DNA of 64,000 bases from NCBI GenBank assembly GCA_040954595.2, contig CM082593.2:7476043-7540042 (forward strand), in the 5' to 3' direction. The translations under genes and the position numbers were made by a program. The first letter of the stretch is position 1. Every line of letters begins with the position of its first letter. The notes beneath the pieces were generated by a model. It worked only from the letters and a program-made list of their open reading frames with translations. It made no database searches and had not been told where the DNA came from. The DNA comes from Balanoglossus misakiensis. Lineage: Eukaryota; Animalia; Hemichordata. Of the stretch, positions 24,301-37,837 are shown piece by piece.

Positions 24301-27300
24301 TTTGATACTTCCCAAAGTCGAAAAATTGTCATTTTTTGATGATTTTCATGGGCTATAACCCATGGTTTTTCACCAAAAATGAAGAAATTTTGATACTTCC
24401 CAAAGTCGAAAAATTGTCATTTTTGGCGAAAAACCATGGGTTATAGCCCATGAAAATCATCAAAAAATGTCAATTTTTCGACTTTGGGAAGTATCAAAAT
24501 TTCTTCATTTTTGGCGAAAAACCATGGGTTATAGCCCATGAAAATCATCAAAAAATGACAATTTTTCGACTTTGGGAATTATCAAATTTTCTTTATTTTT
24601 GGCGAAAAACCATGGGTTATAGCCCATGAAAATCATCAAAAAATGACAATTTTTCGACTTTGGGAATTATCAAAATTTCTTCATTTTTGGCGAAAAACCA
24701 TGGGTTAGAGCCAATGAAAATCATCAAAAAATAACAATTTTTCGACTTTGGGAAGTATCAAAATTTCTTCATTTTCGGCGAAAAACCATGGGTTATAGCT
24801 CATGAAAATCATCAAAAAATGACAATTTTTCGACTTTGGGAAGTATCAAAGTTTCTTCATTTTCGGCGAAAAACCATGGGTTATAGCCCATGAAAATCAT
24901 CAAAAAATGACAATTTTTCGACTTTGGGAATTATCAAATTTTCTTTATTTTTGGCGAAAAACCATGGGTTATAGCCCATGAAAATCATCAAAAAATGACA
25001 ATTTTTCGACTTTGGGAAGTATCAAAATTTCTTCATTTTCGGCGAAAAACCATGGGTTATAGCCCATGAAAATCATCAAAAAATGACAATTTTTCGACTT
25101 TGGGAAGTATCAAAATTTCTTCATTTTCGGCGAAAAACCATGGATTATAGCCCATGAAAATCATCAAAAAATGACAATTTTTCGACTTTGGGAAGTATCA
25201 AAATTTCTTCATTTTCGGCGAAAAACCATGGATTATAGCCCATGAAAATCATCAAAAAATGACAATTTTTCGACTTTGGGAAGTATCAAAATTTCTTCAT
25301 TTTCGGCGAAAAACCATGGATTATAGCCCATGAAAATCATCAAAAAATGACAATTTTTCGACTTTGGGAAGTATCAAAATTTCTTCATTTTTGGCGAAAA
25401 ACCATGGGTTATAGCCCATGAAAATCATCAAAAAATGTCAATTTTTCGACTTTGGGAAGTATCAAAATTTCTTCATTTTTGGCGAAAAACCATGGGTTAT
25501 AGCCCATGAAAATCATCAAAAAATGTCAATTTTTCGAATTTGGCAATTATCAAAATTTCTTCATTTTTGGCGAAAAACCATGGGTTATAGCCCATGAAAA
25601 TCATCAAAAAATGACAATTTTTCGACTTTGGGAAGTATCAAAATTTCTTCATTTTCGGCGAAAAACCATGGGTTATAGCCCATGAAAATCATCAAAAAAT
25701 GACAATTTTTCGAATTTGGCAATTATCAAAATTTCTTCATTTTCGGCGAAAAACCATGGGTTATAGCCCATGAAAATCATCAAAAAATGACAATTTTTCG
25801 ACTTTGGGAAGTATCAAAATTTCTTCATTTTTTGCGAAAAACCATGGGTTATAGCCCATGAAAATCATCAAAAAATGACAATTTTTCGACTTTGGGAAGT
25901 ATCAAAATTTCTTCATTTTTGGCGAAAAACCATGGGTTATAGCCCATGAAAATCATCAAAAAATGACAATTTTTCGACATTGGGAAGTATCAAAATTTCT
26001 TCATTTTTGGCGAAAAACCATGGGTTATAGCCCATGAAAATCATCAAAAAATGACAATTTTTCGACTTTGGGAAGTATCAAAATTTCTTCATTTTCGGCG
26101 AAAAACCATGGGTTATAGCCCATGAAAATCATCAAAAATGACAATTTTTCGATTTGGGGAAGTATCAAAATTTCTTCATTTTTGGCGAAAAACCATGGGT
26201 TATAGCCCATGAAAATCATCAAAAAATGACAATTTTTCGACTTTGGGAAGTATCAAAATTTCTTCATTTTTGGCGAAAAACCATGGGTTATAGCCCATGA
26301 AAATCATCAAAAAATGACAATTTTTCGACTTTGGGAATTATCAAAATTTCTTCATTTTTGGCGAAAAACCATGGGTTATAGCCCATGAAAATCATGAAAA
26401 AATGACAATTTTTCGACTTTGGGAAGTATCAAAATTTCTTCATTTTCGGCGAAAAACCATGGATTATAGCCCATGAAAATCATCAAAAAATGACAATTTT
26501 TCGAATTTGGGAAGTATCAAAATTTCTTCATTTTCGGCGAAAAACCATGGGTTATAGCCCATGAAAATCATCAAAAAATGACAATTTTTCGACTTTGGGA
26601 ATTATCAAAATTTCTTCATTTTTGGCGAAAAACCATGGGTTATAGCCCATGAAAAGCATCAAAAAAATGTCAATTTTTCGACTTTGGGAAGTATCAAAAT
26701 TTCTTCATTTTTGGCGAAAAACCATGGGTTATAGCCCATGAAAATCATCAAAAAATGTCAATTTTTCGACTTTGGGAAGTATCAAAATTTCTTCATTTTT
26801 GGCGAAAAACCATGGGTTATAGCCCATGAAAATCATCAAAAAATGACAATTTTTCGACTTTGGGAAGTATCAAAATTTCTTCATTTTTGGCGAAAACCAT
26901 GGGTTATAGCCCATGAAAATCATCAAAAAATGACAATTTTTCGACTTTGGGAAGTATCAAAATTTCTTCATTTTTGGCGAAAAACCATGGGTTATAGACC
27001 ATTAAAATCATCAAAAAATGACAATTTTTCGACTTTGGGAAGTATCAAAATTTCTTCATTTTTGGCGAAAAACCATGGGTTATAGACCATGAAAATCATC
27101 AAAAAATGACAATTTTTCGACTTTGGGAAGTATCAAAATTTCTTCATTTTTGGCGAAAAACCATGGGTTATAGACCATGAAAATCATCAAAAAATGACAA
27201 TTTTTCGACTTTGGGAAGTATCAAAATTTCTTCATTTTTGGCGAAAAACCATGGGTTATAGCCCATGAAAATCATCAAAAAATGACAATTTTTTGACTTT

Positions 27301-30300
27301 GGGAATTATCAAAATTTCTTCATTTTCGGCGAAAAACCATGGGTTATAGCCCATGAAAATCATCAAAAAATGACAATTTTTCGACTTTGGGAATTATCAA
27401 AATTTCTTCATTTTCGGCGAAAAACCATGGGTTATAGCCCATGAAAATCATCAAAAAATGACAATTTTTCGACTTTGGGAAGTATCAAAATTTCTTCATT
27501 TTCGGCGAAAAACCATGGGTTATAGCCCATGAAAATCATCAAAAAATGACAATTTTTCGACTTTGGGAAGTATCAAAATTTCTTCATTTTTGGCGAAAAA
27601 CCATGGGTTATAGCCCATGAAAATCATCAAAAAATGACAATTTTTCGACTTTGGGAAGTATCAAAATTTCTTCATTTTCGGCGAAAAACCATGGGTTATA
27701 GCCCATGAAAATCATCAAAAAATGACAATTTTTCGACTTTGGGAAGTATCAAAATTTCTTCATTTTTGGCGAAAAACCATGGGTTATAGCCCATGAAAAT
27801 CATCAAAAAATGACAATTTTTCGACTTTGGGAAGTATCAAAATTTCTTCATTTTTGGCGAAAAACCATGGGTTATAGCCCATGAAAATCATCAAAAAATG
27901 ACAATTTTTCGACTTTGGGAATTATCAAAATTTCTTCATTTTTGGCGAAAAACCATGGGTTATAGCCCATGAAAATCATCAAAAAATGACAATTTTTCGA
28001 CTTTGGGAAGTATGAAAATTTCTTCATTTTTGGCGAAAAACCATGGGTTATAGCCCATGAAAATCATCAAAAAATGATAATTTTTCGACTTTGGGAAGTA
28101 TCAAAATTTCTTCATTTTTGGCGAAAAACCATGGGTTATAGCCCATGAAAATCATCAAAAAATGACAATTTTTCGACTTTGGGAAGTATCAAAATTTCTT
28201 CATTTTTGGCGAAAAACCATGGGTTATAGCCCATGAAAATCATCAAAAAATGACAATTTTTCGACTTTGGGAAGTATCAAAATTTCTTCATTTTTGGCGA
28301 AAAACCATGGGTTATAGCCCATGAAAATCATCAAAAAATGACAATTTTTCGACTTTGGGAAGTATCAAAATTTCTTCATTTTTGGCGAAAAACCATGGGT
28401 TATAGCCCATGAAAATCATCAAAAATGACAATTTTTCGATTTGGGAAGTATCAAAATTTCTTCATTTTTGGCGAAAAACCATGGGTTATAGCCCATGAAA
28501 ATCATCAAAAAATGACAATTTTTCGACTTTGGGAAGTATCAAAATTTCTTCATTTTTGGCGAAAAACCATGGGTTATAGCCCATGAAAATCATCAAAAAA
28601 CGACAATTTTTCGACTTTGGGAATTATCAAAATTTCTTCATTTTTGGCGAAAAACCATGGGTTATAGCCCATGAAAATCATCAAAAAATGACAATTTTTC
28701 GACTTTGGGAAGTATGAAAATTTCTTCATTTTTGGCGAAAAACCATGGGTTATAGCCCATGAAAATCATGAAAAAATGACAATTTTTCGACTTTGGGAAG
28801 TATGAAAATTTCTTCATTTTTGGCGAAAAACCATGGGTTATAGCCCATGAAAATCATCAAAAAATGACAATTTTTCGACTTTGTGAAGTATCAAAATTTC
28901 TTCATTTTTGGCGAAAAACCATGGGTTATAGCCCATGAAAATCATCAAAAAATGACAATTTTTCGACTTTGGGAAGTATCAAAATTTCTTCATTTTCGGC
29001 GAAAAACCTTGGATTATAGCCCATGAAAATCATCAAAAATGACAATTTTTCGATTTGGACAGTATCAAAATTTCTTCATTTTTGGCGAAAAACCATGGGT
29101 TATAGCCCATGAAAATCATCAAAAAATGACAATTTTTCGAATTTGGGAAGTATCAAAATTTCTTCATTTTTGGCGAAAAACCATGGGTTATAGCCCATGA
29201 AAATCATCAAAAAACGACCATTTTTCGACTTTGGGAATTATCAAAATTTCTTCATTTTTGGCGAAAAACCATGGGTTATAGCCCATGAAAATCATCAAAA
29301 AACGACCATTTTTCGACTTTGGGAATTATCAAAATTTCTTCATTTTTGGCGAAAAACCATGGGTTATAGCCCATGAAAATCATCAAAAAATGACAATTTT
29401 TCGACTTTGGGAAGTATCAAAATTTCTTCATTTTTGGCGAAAAACCATGGGTTATAGCCCATGAAAATCATCAAAAAATGACAATTTTTCGACTTTGGGA
29501 AGTATCAAAATTTCTTCATTTTTGGCGAAAAACCATGGGTTATAGCCCATGAAAATCATCAAAAAATGACAATTTTTCGACTTTGGGAAGTATCAAAATT
29601 TCTTCATTTTTGGCGAAAAACCATGGGTTATAACCCATGAAAATCATCAAAAAATGACAATTTTTCGACTTTTGGAAGTATCAAAATTTCTTCATTTTCG
29701 GCGAAAAACCATGGGTTATAGCCCATGAAAATCATCAAAAAATGACAATTTTTCGACTTTGGGAAGTATCAAAATTTCTTCATTTTTGGCGAAAAACCAT
29801 GGGTTATAGCCCATGAAAATCATCAAAAAATGACAATTTTTCGACTTTGGGAAGTATCAAAATTTCTTCATTTTCGGCGAAAAACCATGGGTTATAGCCC
29901 ATGAAAATCATCAAAAAATGACAATTTTTCGACTTTGGGAAGTATCAAAATTTCTTCATTTTCGGCGAAAAACCATGGGTTATAGCCCATGAAAATCATC
30001 AAAAATGACAATTTTTCGATTTGGGGAAGTATCAAAATTTCTTCATTTTTGGCGAAAAACCATGGGTTATAGCCCATGAAAATCATCAAAAAATGACAAT
30101 TTTTCGACTTTGGGAATTATCAAAATTTCTTCATTTTTGGCGAAAAACCATGGGTTATAGCCCATGAAAATCATCAAAAAATGACAATTTTTCGACTTTG
30201 GGAAGTATGAAAATTTCTTCATTTTTGGCGAAAAACCATGGGTTATAGCCCATGAAAATCATGAAAAAATGACAATTTTTCGACTTTGGGAAGTATCAAA

Positions 30301-33300
30301 ATTTCTTCATTTTCGGCGAAAAACCATGGGTTATAGCCCATGAAAATCATCAAAAAATGACAATTTTTCGACTTTGGGAAGTATCAAAATTTCTTCATTT
30401 TTGGCGAAAAACCATGGGTTATAGCCCATGAAAATCATCAAAAAATGACAATTTTTCGACTTTGGGAAGTATCAAAATTTCTTCATTTTTGGCGAAAAAC
30501 CATGGGTTATAGCCCATGAAAATCATGAAAAAATGACAATTTTTCGACTTTGGGAAGTATCAAAATTTCTTCATTTTTGGCGAAAAACCATGGGTTATAG
30601 CCCATGAAAATCATCAAAAAATGACAATTTTTCGACTTTGTGAAGTATCAAAATTTCTTCATTTTTGGCGAAAAACCATGGGTTATAGCCCATGAAAATC
30701 ATCAAAAAATGACAATTTTTCGACTTTGGGAAGTATCAAAATTTCTTCATTTTCGGCGAAAAACCATGGGTTATAGCCCATGAAAATCATCAAAAAATGA
30801 CAATTTTTCGAATTTGGGAAGTATCAAAATTTCTTCATTTTCGGCGAAAAACCATGGGTTATAGCCCATGAAAATCATCAAAAAATGACAATTTTTCGAA
30901 TTTGGGAATTATCAAAATTTCTTCATTTTTGGCGAAAAACCATGGGTTATAGCCCATGAAAAGCATCAAAAAAATGACAATTTTTCGACTTTGGGAATTA
31001 TCAAAATTTCTACATTTTTGGCGAAAAACCATGGGTTATAGCCCATGAAAATCATCAAAAAATGACAATTTTTCGACTTTGGGAAGTATCAAAATTTCTT
31101 CATTTTTGGCGAAAAACCATGGGTTATAGCCCATGAAAATCATCAAAAAATGACAATTTTTCGACTTTGGGAAGTATCAAAATTTCTTCATTTTTGGCGA
31201 AAAACCATGGGTTATAACCCATGAAAATCATCAAAAAATGACAATTTTTCGACTTTTGGAAGTATCAAAATTTCTTCATTTTCGGCGAAAAACCATGGGT
31301 TATAGCCCATGAAAATCATCAAAAAATGACAATTTTTCGACTTTGGGAAGTATCAAAATTTCTTCATTTTTGGCGAAAAACCATGGGTTATAGCCCATGA
31401 AAATCATCAAAAAATGACAATTTTTCGACTTTGGGAAGTATCAAAATTTCTTCATTTTCGGCGAAAAACCATGGGTTATAGCCCATGAAAATCATCAAAA
31501 AATGACAATTTTTCGACTTTGGGAAGTATCAAAATTTCTTCATTTTCGGCGAAAAACCATGGGTTATAGCCCATGAAAATCATCAAAAATGACAATTTTT
31601 CGATTTGGGGAAGTATCAAAATTTCTTCATTTTTGGCGAAAAACCATGGGTTATAGCCCATGAAAATCATCAAAAAATGACAATTTTTCGACTTTGGGAA
31701 TTATCAAAATTTCTTCATTTTTGGCGAAAAACCATGGGTTATAGCCCATGAAAATCATCAAAAAATGACAATTTTTCGACTTTGGGAAGTATGAAAATTT
31801 CTTCATTTTTGGCGAAAAACCATGGGTTATAGCCCATGAAAATCATGAAAAAATGACAATTTTTCGACTTTGGGAAGTATCAAAATTTCTTCATTTTCGG
31901 CGAAAAACCATGGGTTATAGCCCATGAAAATCATCAAAAAATGACAATTTTTCGACTTTGGGAAGTATCAAAATTTCTTCATTTTTGGCGAAAAACCATG
32001 GGTTATAGCCCATGAAAATCATCAAAAAATGACAATTTTTCGACTTTGGGAAGTATCAAAATTTCTTCATTTTTGGCGAAAAACCATGGGTTATAGCCCA
32101 TGAAAATCATCAAAAAATGACAATTTTTCGACTTTGTGAAGTATCAAAATTTCTTCATTTTTGGCGAAAAACCATGGGTTATAGCCCATGAAAATCATCA
32201 AAAAATGACAATTTTTCGGCTTTGGGAAGTATCAAAATTTCTTCATTTTCGGCGAAAAACCATGGGTTATAGCCCATGAAAATCATCAAAAAATGACAAT
32301 TTTTCGAATTTGGGAATTATCAAAATTTCTTCATTTTTGGCGAAAAACCATGGGTTATAGCCCATGAAAATCATCAAAAAACGACAATTTTTCGACTTTG
32401 GGAATTATCAAAATTTCTTCATTTTTGGCGAAAAACCATGGGTTATAGCCCATGAAAATCATCAAAAAACGACCATTTTTCGACTTTGGGAATTATCAAA
32501 ATTTCTTCATTTTTGGCGAAAAACCATGGGTTATAGCCCATGAAAATCATCAAAAAATGACAATTTTTCGACTTTGGGAAGTATGAAAATTTCTTCATTT
32601 TTGGCGAAAAACCATGGGTTATAGCCCATGAAAATCATGAAAAAATGACAATTTTTCGACTTTGGGAAGTATCAAAATTTCTTCATTTTTGGCGAAAAAC
32701 CATGGGTTATAGCCCATGAAAATCATCAAAAAATGACAATTTTTCGACTTTGTGAAGTATCAAAATTTCTTCATTTTTGGCGAAAAACCATGGGTTATAG
32801 CCCATGAAAATCATCAAAAAATGACAATTTTTCGACTTTGGGAAGTATCAAAATTTCTTCATTTTCGGCGAAAAACCATGGATTATAGCCCATGAAAATC
32901 ATCAAAAAATGACAATTTTTCGAATTTGGGAAGTATCAAAATTTCTTCATTTTCGGCGAAAAACCATGGGTTATAGCCCATGAAAATCATCAAAAAATGA
33001 CAATTTTTCGAATTTGGGAATTATCAAAATTTCTTCATTTTTGGCGAAAAACCATGGGTTATAGCCCATGAAAAGCATCAAAAAAATGTCAATTTTTCGA
33101 CTTTGGGAATTATCAAAATTTCTACATTTTTGGCGAAAAACCATGGGTTATAGCCCATGAAAATCATCAAAAAATGACAATTTTTCGACTTTGGGAAGTA
33201 TCAAAATTTCTTCATTTTTGGCGAAAAACCATGGGTTATAGCCCATGAAAATCATCAAAAATGACAATTTTTCGATTTGGGAAGTATCAAAATTTCTTCA

Positions 33301-35907
33301 TTTTTGGCGAAAAACCATGGGTTATAGCCCATGAAAATCATCAAAAAATGACAATTTTTCGACTTTGGGAAGTATCAAAATTTCTTCATTTTTGGCGAAA
33401 AACCATGGGTTATAGCCCATGAAAATCATCAAAAAACGACCATTTTTCGACTTTGGGAATTATCAAAATTTCTTCATTTTTGGCGAAAAACCATGGGTTA
33501 TAGCCCATGAAAATCATCAAAAAATGACAATTTTTCGACTTTGGGAAGTATGAAAATTTCTTCATTTTTGGCGAAAAACCATGGGTTATAGCCCATGAAA
33601 ATCATGAAAAAATGACAATTTTTCGACTTTGGGAAGTATCAAAATTTCTTCATTTTTGGCGAAAAACCATGGGTTATAGCCCATGAAAATCATCAAAAAA
33701 TGACAATTTTTCGACTTTGTGAAGTATCAAAATTTCTTCATTTTTGGCGAAAAACCATGGGTTATAGCCCATGAAAATCATCAAAAAATGACAATTTTTC
33801 GGCTTTGGGAAGTATCAAAATTTCTTCATTTTCGGCGAAAAACCATGGGTTATAGCCCATGAAAATCATCAAAAAATGACAATTTTTCGAATTTGGGAAT
33901 TATCAAAATTTCTTCATTTTTGGCGAAAAACCATGGGTTATAGCCCATGAAAAGCATCAAAAAAATGTCAATTTTTCGACTTTGGGAATTATCAAAATTT
34001 CTACATTTTTGGCGAAAAACCATGGGTTATAGCCCATGAAAATCATCAAAAAATGTCAATTTTTCGACTTTGGGAAGTATCAAAATTTCTTCATTTTTGG
34101 CGAAAAACCATGGGTTATAGCCCATGAAAATCATGAAAAAATGACAATTTTTCGACTTTGGGAAGTATCAAAATTTCTTCATTTTTGGCGAAAAACCATG
34201 GGTTATAGCCCATGAAAATCATGAAAAAATGACAATTTTTCGACTTTGGGAAGTATCAAAATTTCTTCATTTTTGGCGAAAAACCATGGGTTATAGCCCA
34301 TGAAAATCATCAAAAAATGACAATTTTTCGACTTTGTGAAGTATCAAAATTTCTTCATTTTTGGCGAAAAACCATGGGTTATAGCCCATGAAAATCATCA
34401 AAAAATGACAATTTTTCGACTTTGGGAAGTATCAAAATTTCTTCATTTTCGGCGAAAAACCATGGATTATAGCCCATGAAAATCATCAAAAAATGACAAT
34501 TTTTTGAATTTGGGAAGTATCAAAATTTCTTCATTTTTGGCGAAAAACCATGGGTTATAGCCCATGAAAAGCATCAAAAAAATGTCAATTTTTCGACTTT
34601 GGGAATTATCAAAATTTCTACATTTTTGGCGAAAAACCATGGGTTATAGCCCATGAAAATCATCAAAAAATGACAATTTTTCGACTTTGGGAAGTATCAA
34701 AAATTTCTTCATTTTTGGCGAAAAACCATGGGTTATAGCCCATGAAAATCATCAAAAATGACAATTTTTCGATTTGGGAAGTATCAAAATTTCTTCATTT
34801 TTGGCGAAAAACCATGGGTTATAGCCCATGAAAATCATCAAAAAATGACAATTTTTCGACTTTGGGAAGTATCAAAATTTCTTCATTTTTGGCGAAAAAC
34901 CATGGGTTATAGCCCATGAAAATCATCAAAAAACGACCATTTTTCGACTTTGGGAATTATCAAAATTTCTTCATTTTTGGCGAAAAACCATGGGTTATAG
35001 CCCATGAAAATCATCAAAAAATGACAATTTTTCGACTTTGGGAAGTATGAAAATTTCTTCATTTTTGGCGAAAAACCATGGGTTATAGCCCATGAAAATC
35101 ATGAAAAAATGACAATTTTTCGACTTTGGGAAGTATCAAAATTTCTTCATTTTTGGCGAAAAACCATGGGTTATAGCCCATGAAAATCATCAAAAAATGA
35201 CAATTTTTCGACTTTGTGAAGTATCAAAATTTCTTCATTTTTGGCGAAAAACCATGGGTTATAGCCCATGAAAATCATCAAAAAATGACAATTTTTCGAC
35301 TTTGGGAAGTATCAAAATTTCTTCATTTTCGGCGAAAAACCATGGGTTATAGCCCATGAAAATCATCAAAAAATGACAATTTTTCGAATTTGGGAATTAT
35401 CAAAATTTCTTCATTTTTGGCGAAAAACCATGGGTTATAGCCCATGAAAAGCATCAAAAAAATGTCAATTTTTCGACTTTGGGAATTATCAAAATTTCTA
35501 TATTTTTGGCGAAAAACCATGGGTTATAGCCCATGAAAATCATCAAAAAATGTCAATTTTTCGACTTTGGGAAGTATCAAAATTTCTTCATTTTTGGCGA
35601 AAAACCATGGGTTATAGCCCATGAAAATCATGAAAAAATGACAATTTTTCGACTTTGGGAAGTATCAAAATTTCTTCATTTTTGGCGAAAAACCATGGGT
35701 TATAGCCCATGAAAATCATGAAAAAATGACAATTTTTCGACTTTGGGAAGTATCAAAATTTCTTCATTTTTGGCGAAAAACCATGGGTTATAGCCCATGA
35801 AAATCATCAAAAAATGACAATTTTTCGACTTTGTGAAGTATCAAAATTTCTTCATTTTTGGCGAAAAACCATGGGTTATAGCCCATGAAAATCATCAAAA
35901 AATGACA
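15385..35907. repeat. 88-bp satellite array, ~20.5 kb, roughly 230 monomers
   Basis: Monomer AAAATCATCAAAAAATGACAATTTTTCGACTTTGGGAAGTATCAAAATTTCTTCATTTTTGGCGAAAAACCATGGGTTATAGCCCATG (e.g. starts at 16101 and 16189). Diverged monomers at ~15385-15680; four inverted blocks. Confidence 0.98.
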
Positions 35908-36027
35908 TACATACATACATACATACATACATACATACATACATACATACATACATACATACATACATACATACATACATACATACATACATACATACAT
36001 ACATACATACATACATACATACATACA
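35905..36027. repeat. (ACAT)n microsatellite fused to the right end of the satellite
   Basis: About 30 perfect tetramers, directly visible. Confidence 0.95.
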
Positions 36028-36105
36028 ATACATAACTTCAAATATTTTATTGCGTAGAAATTTAAGGCGCGACATTGTAATTTATTTTGCTTATGTTATC
36101 TGTAC

Positions 36106-36249
36106 AGTTTTTAAAACTTACGAAGATAGATGTCACGAAAACGTAACTGACAATGTATGACCCAGGCAGTACATTTATGTCGACCAAGCGATCGAATAAT
36201 TCATTTACTATTGAGTCATATATATAAACTTGAACGCATTACTTGCGTT
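36106..36249 (-). promoter_or_regulatory. Conserved structured 3'UTR module of IL-17 gene 5
   Basis: AACGCA-AGUAA-UGCGUU (36233-36249); UAUGACUCA/UGGGUCAUA (36212-36220/36156-36164); GUUAC-GUUUUC-GUGAC (36132-36147); AGUUU-UAA-AAACU (36106-36118). Confidence 0.8.
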
Positions 36250-36514
36250 GGAGTCATCAAAAAGTGTAATGTTTAAGTTTAACAGTGCAAATAGAGCGTT
36301 TGAAGATACTTTGCTATAGTAGAATGCAAGTTTTGATGATATAGAAAAACATAAATATTGAATTTATGTATTTTTGTATTCTCACTTCACATATCTGTAT
36401 ATCTTGTATGTTCCTGAGGCTTGAAAATGCAATTAGTATATAAGCTTTTTTCTGTTTATATGACAGTTCTGAAAATATTCACTCTATGTCTTTCTATCCA
36501 ATCAATGTTAACTT

Positions 36515-37837
36515 TTACACTCGCTCTCGTCCACAGGTACAAGCCACTGCCAGTTTCACTGTGGTAGGTTCGTAGACATAAAACCCGTCAGAGTCACAAG
36601 CGCTGGTTTTCACTAAGACGGTCAGGTCAGCCGTGGTTATCTTCTCACACCGCCATATTGGATGGAAGTCGGTGCTTTCTATCAGATCAGCAACGCAGTT
36701 CTGGCAGCTGTAGCACTCGGCTTCTACCAGGGTCGGTGGGTATCGCTCCGTGTCCGTGTTTTCCACTCTGTAGAACGGGCAAGTTGTTCGGATCTCCAAG
36801 GGGGCGCCCTGGCCGTAAGAAACCGGGCAGGTGGTCGATGAGGGCGCGCTGTATGAGCCGGGCGTTGCAGCGAACGAGAGGGCGTTTGGCACGTGCTGTT
36901 TCAACTGTGCGCGCAGGGCATCCGCGCTCGGTTGTAGGCAGTTCACCGGGTTGCCATGGATACCAATGATGTTAGAGATGCCAATAACGACAATCTGTAA
37001 AATAAAAACAATATGTGTATTTGAATTGTAACCCTGAAAAAGTGTATATTTGAAAATTAACTCTAAACATACATCATTACATGTTGACAGGCTAATTTAA
37101 ATAATTTGGTTCGCTCATAAAACGCCCTATAGGTTTAAGTCTGGCTGGGTTCAAGGGTTGATGATGATTCTTATCAATTTGCGCGTATATTAATACGATA
37201 GCATAATTTATAGACGTACCATAGATTACGTCACACGCTTCTTGTTTGCCGAGTTTCAACGATTAGAATACATGAATTATTGTTACACATCCTTGAACAA
37301 CTTCAAACAGGAACGAAAATGTCAAAAAGATAGAGACTGTCCTATATCTTGAAGTACGCGTCTCGAAAATCGTAGTCTTTGACGACGTTTCCTCATAATT
37401 TGCTCAAAGAAGCTTTAGATTATTTTCTCTGAGAATGAGAATTAAAAATAGGGGAGCCAAATTGACATAAATTTGAAATGGTGGCCAATCTCTGCGTTAA
37501 CTCTATACAGAAAAACTACAAGTGGTGTTTTTATGAAACCATGTTTTCTACTGTGATTTCAAAAAGACTAGTACTCCTCACACACTTTGATATAGCAAAG
37601 AATTGAAAGGTTTGGAGAACTATAGTTTTTAGCCTGCTGGTTGTAATGATTTCGATCAAGAAAATTTAGCTAATAATACAGGGAATATAAATAATTAAAA
37701 TAGTATAAAATTTACGGCTACTTTTCCTCTAAGACCCAGATTAATTGTGTAAACTTTTCTGTGGATTTCGTCATGATTTCTTATTAACAGGAACGTTTGA
37801 TACTCACCAAGGATAAAATTCTGCTTGCAAACTTCAT
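36515..37837 (-). CDS. IL17: IL-17-like cytokine, gene 5 (exon 1 37808-37837 MKFASRILSL; exon 2 36515-36994; 169 aa)
   Basis: More diverged paralog with all 10 mature Cys. gtgagt donor and ttttacag acceptor. TATATAAA at 37934-37941. Confidence 0.88.

Noticed and set aside
15385-35907. CRISPR-like array
   Set aside because: Monomers are contiguous with no unique spacers, no cas genes are present, and the context is eukaryotic.
16969-36075. ORFs within the satellite and microsatellite (MMIFMGYNPW..., MKIIKK..., YIHT/MYVC repeats)
   Set aside because: Translations of tandem repeats opened by single-base indels; no coding evidence.
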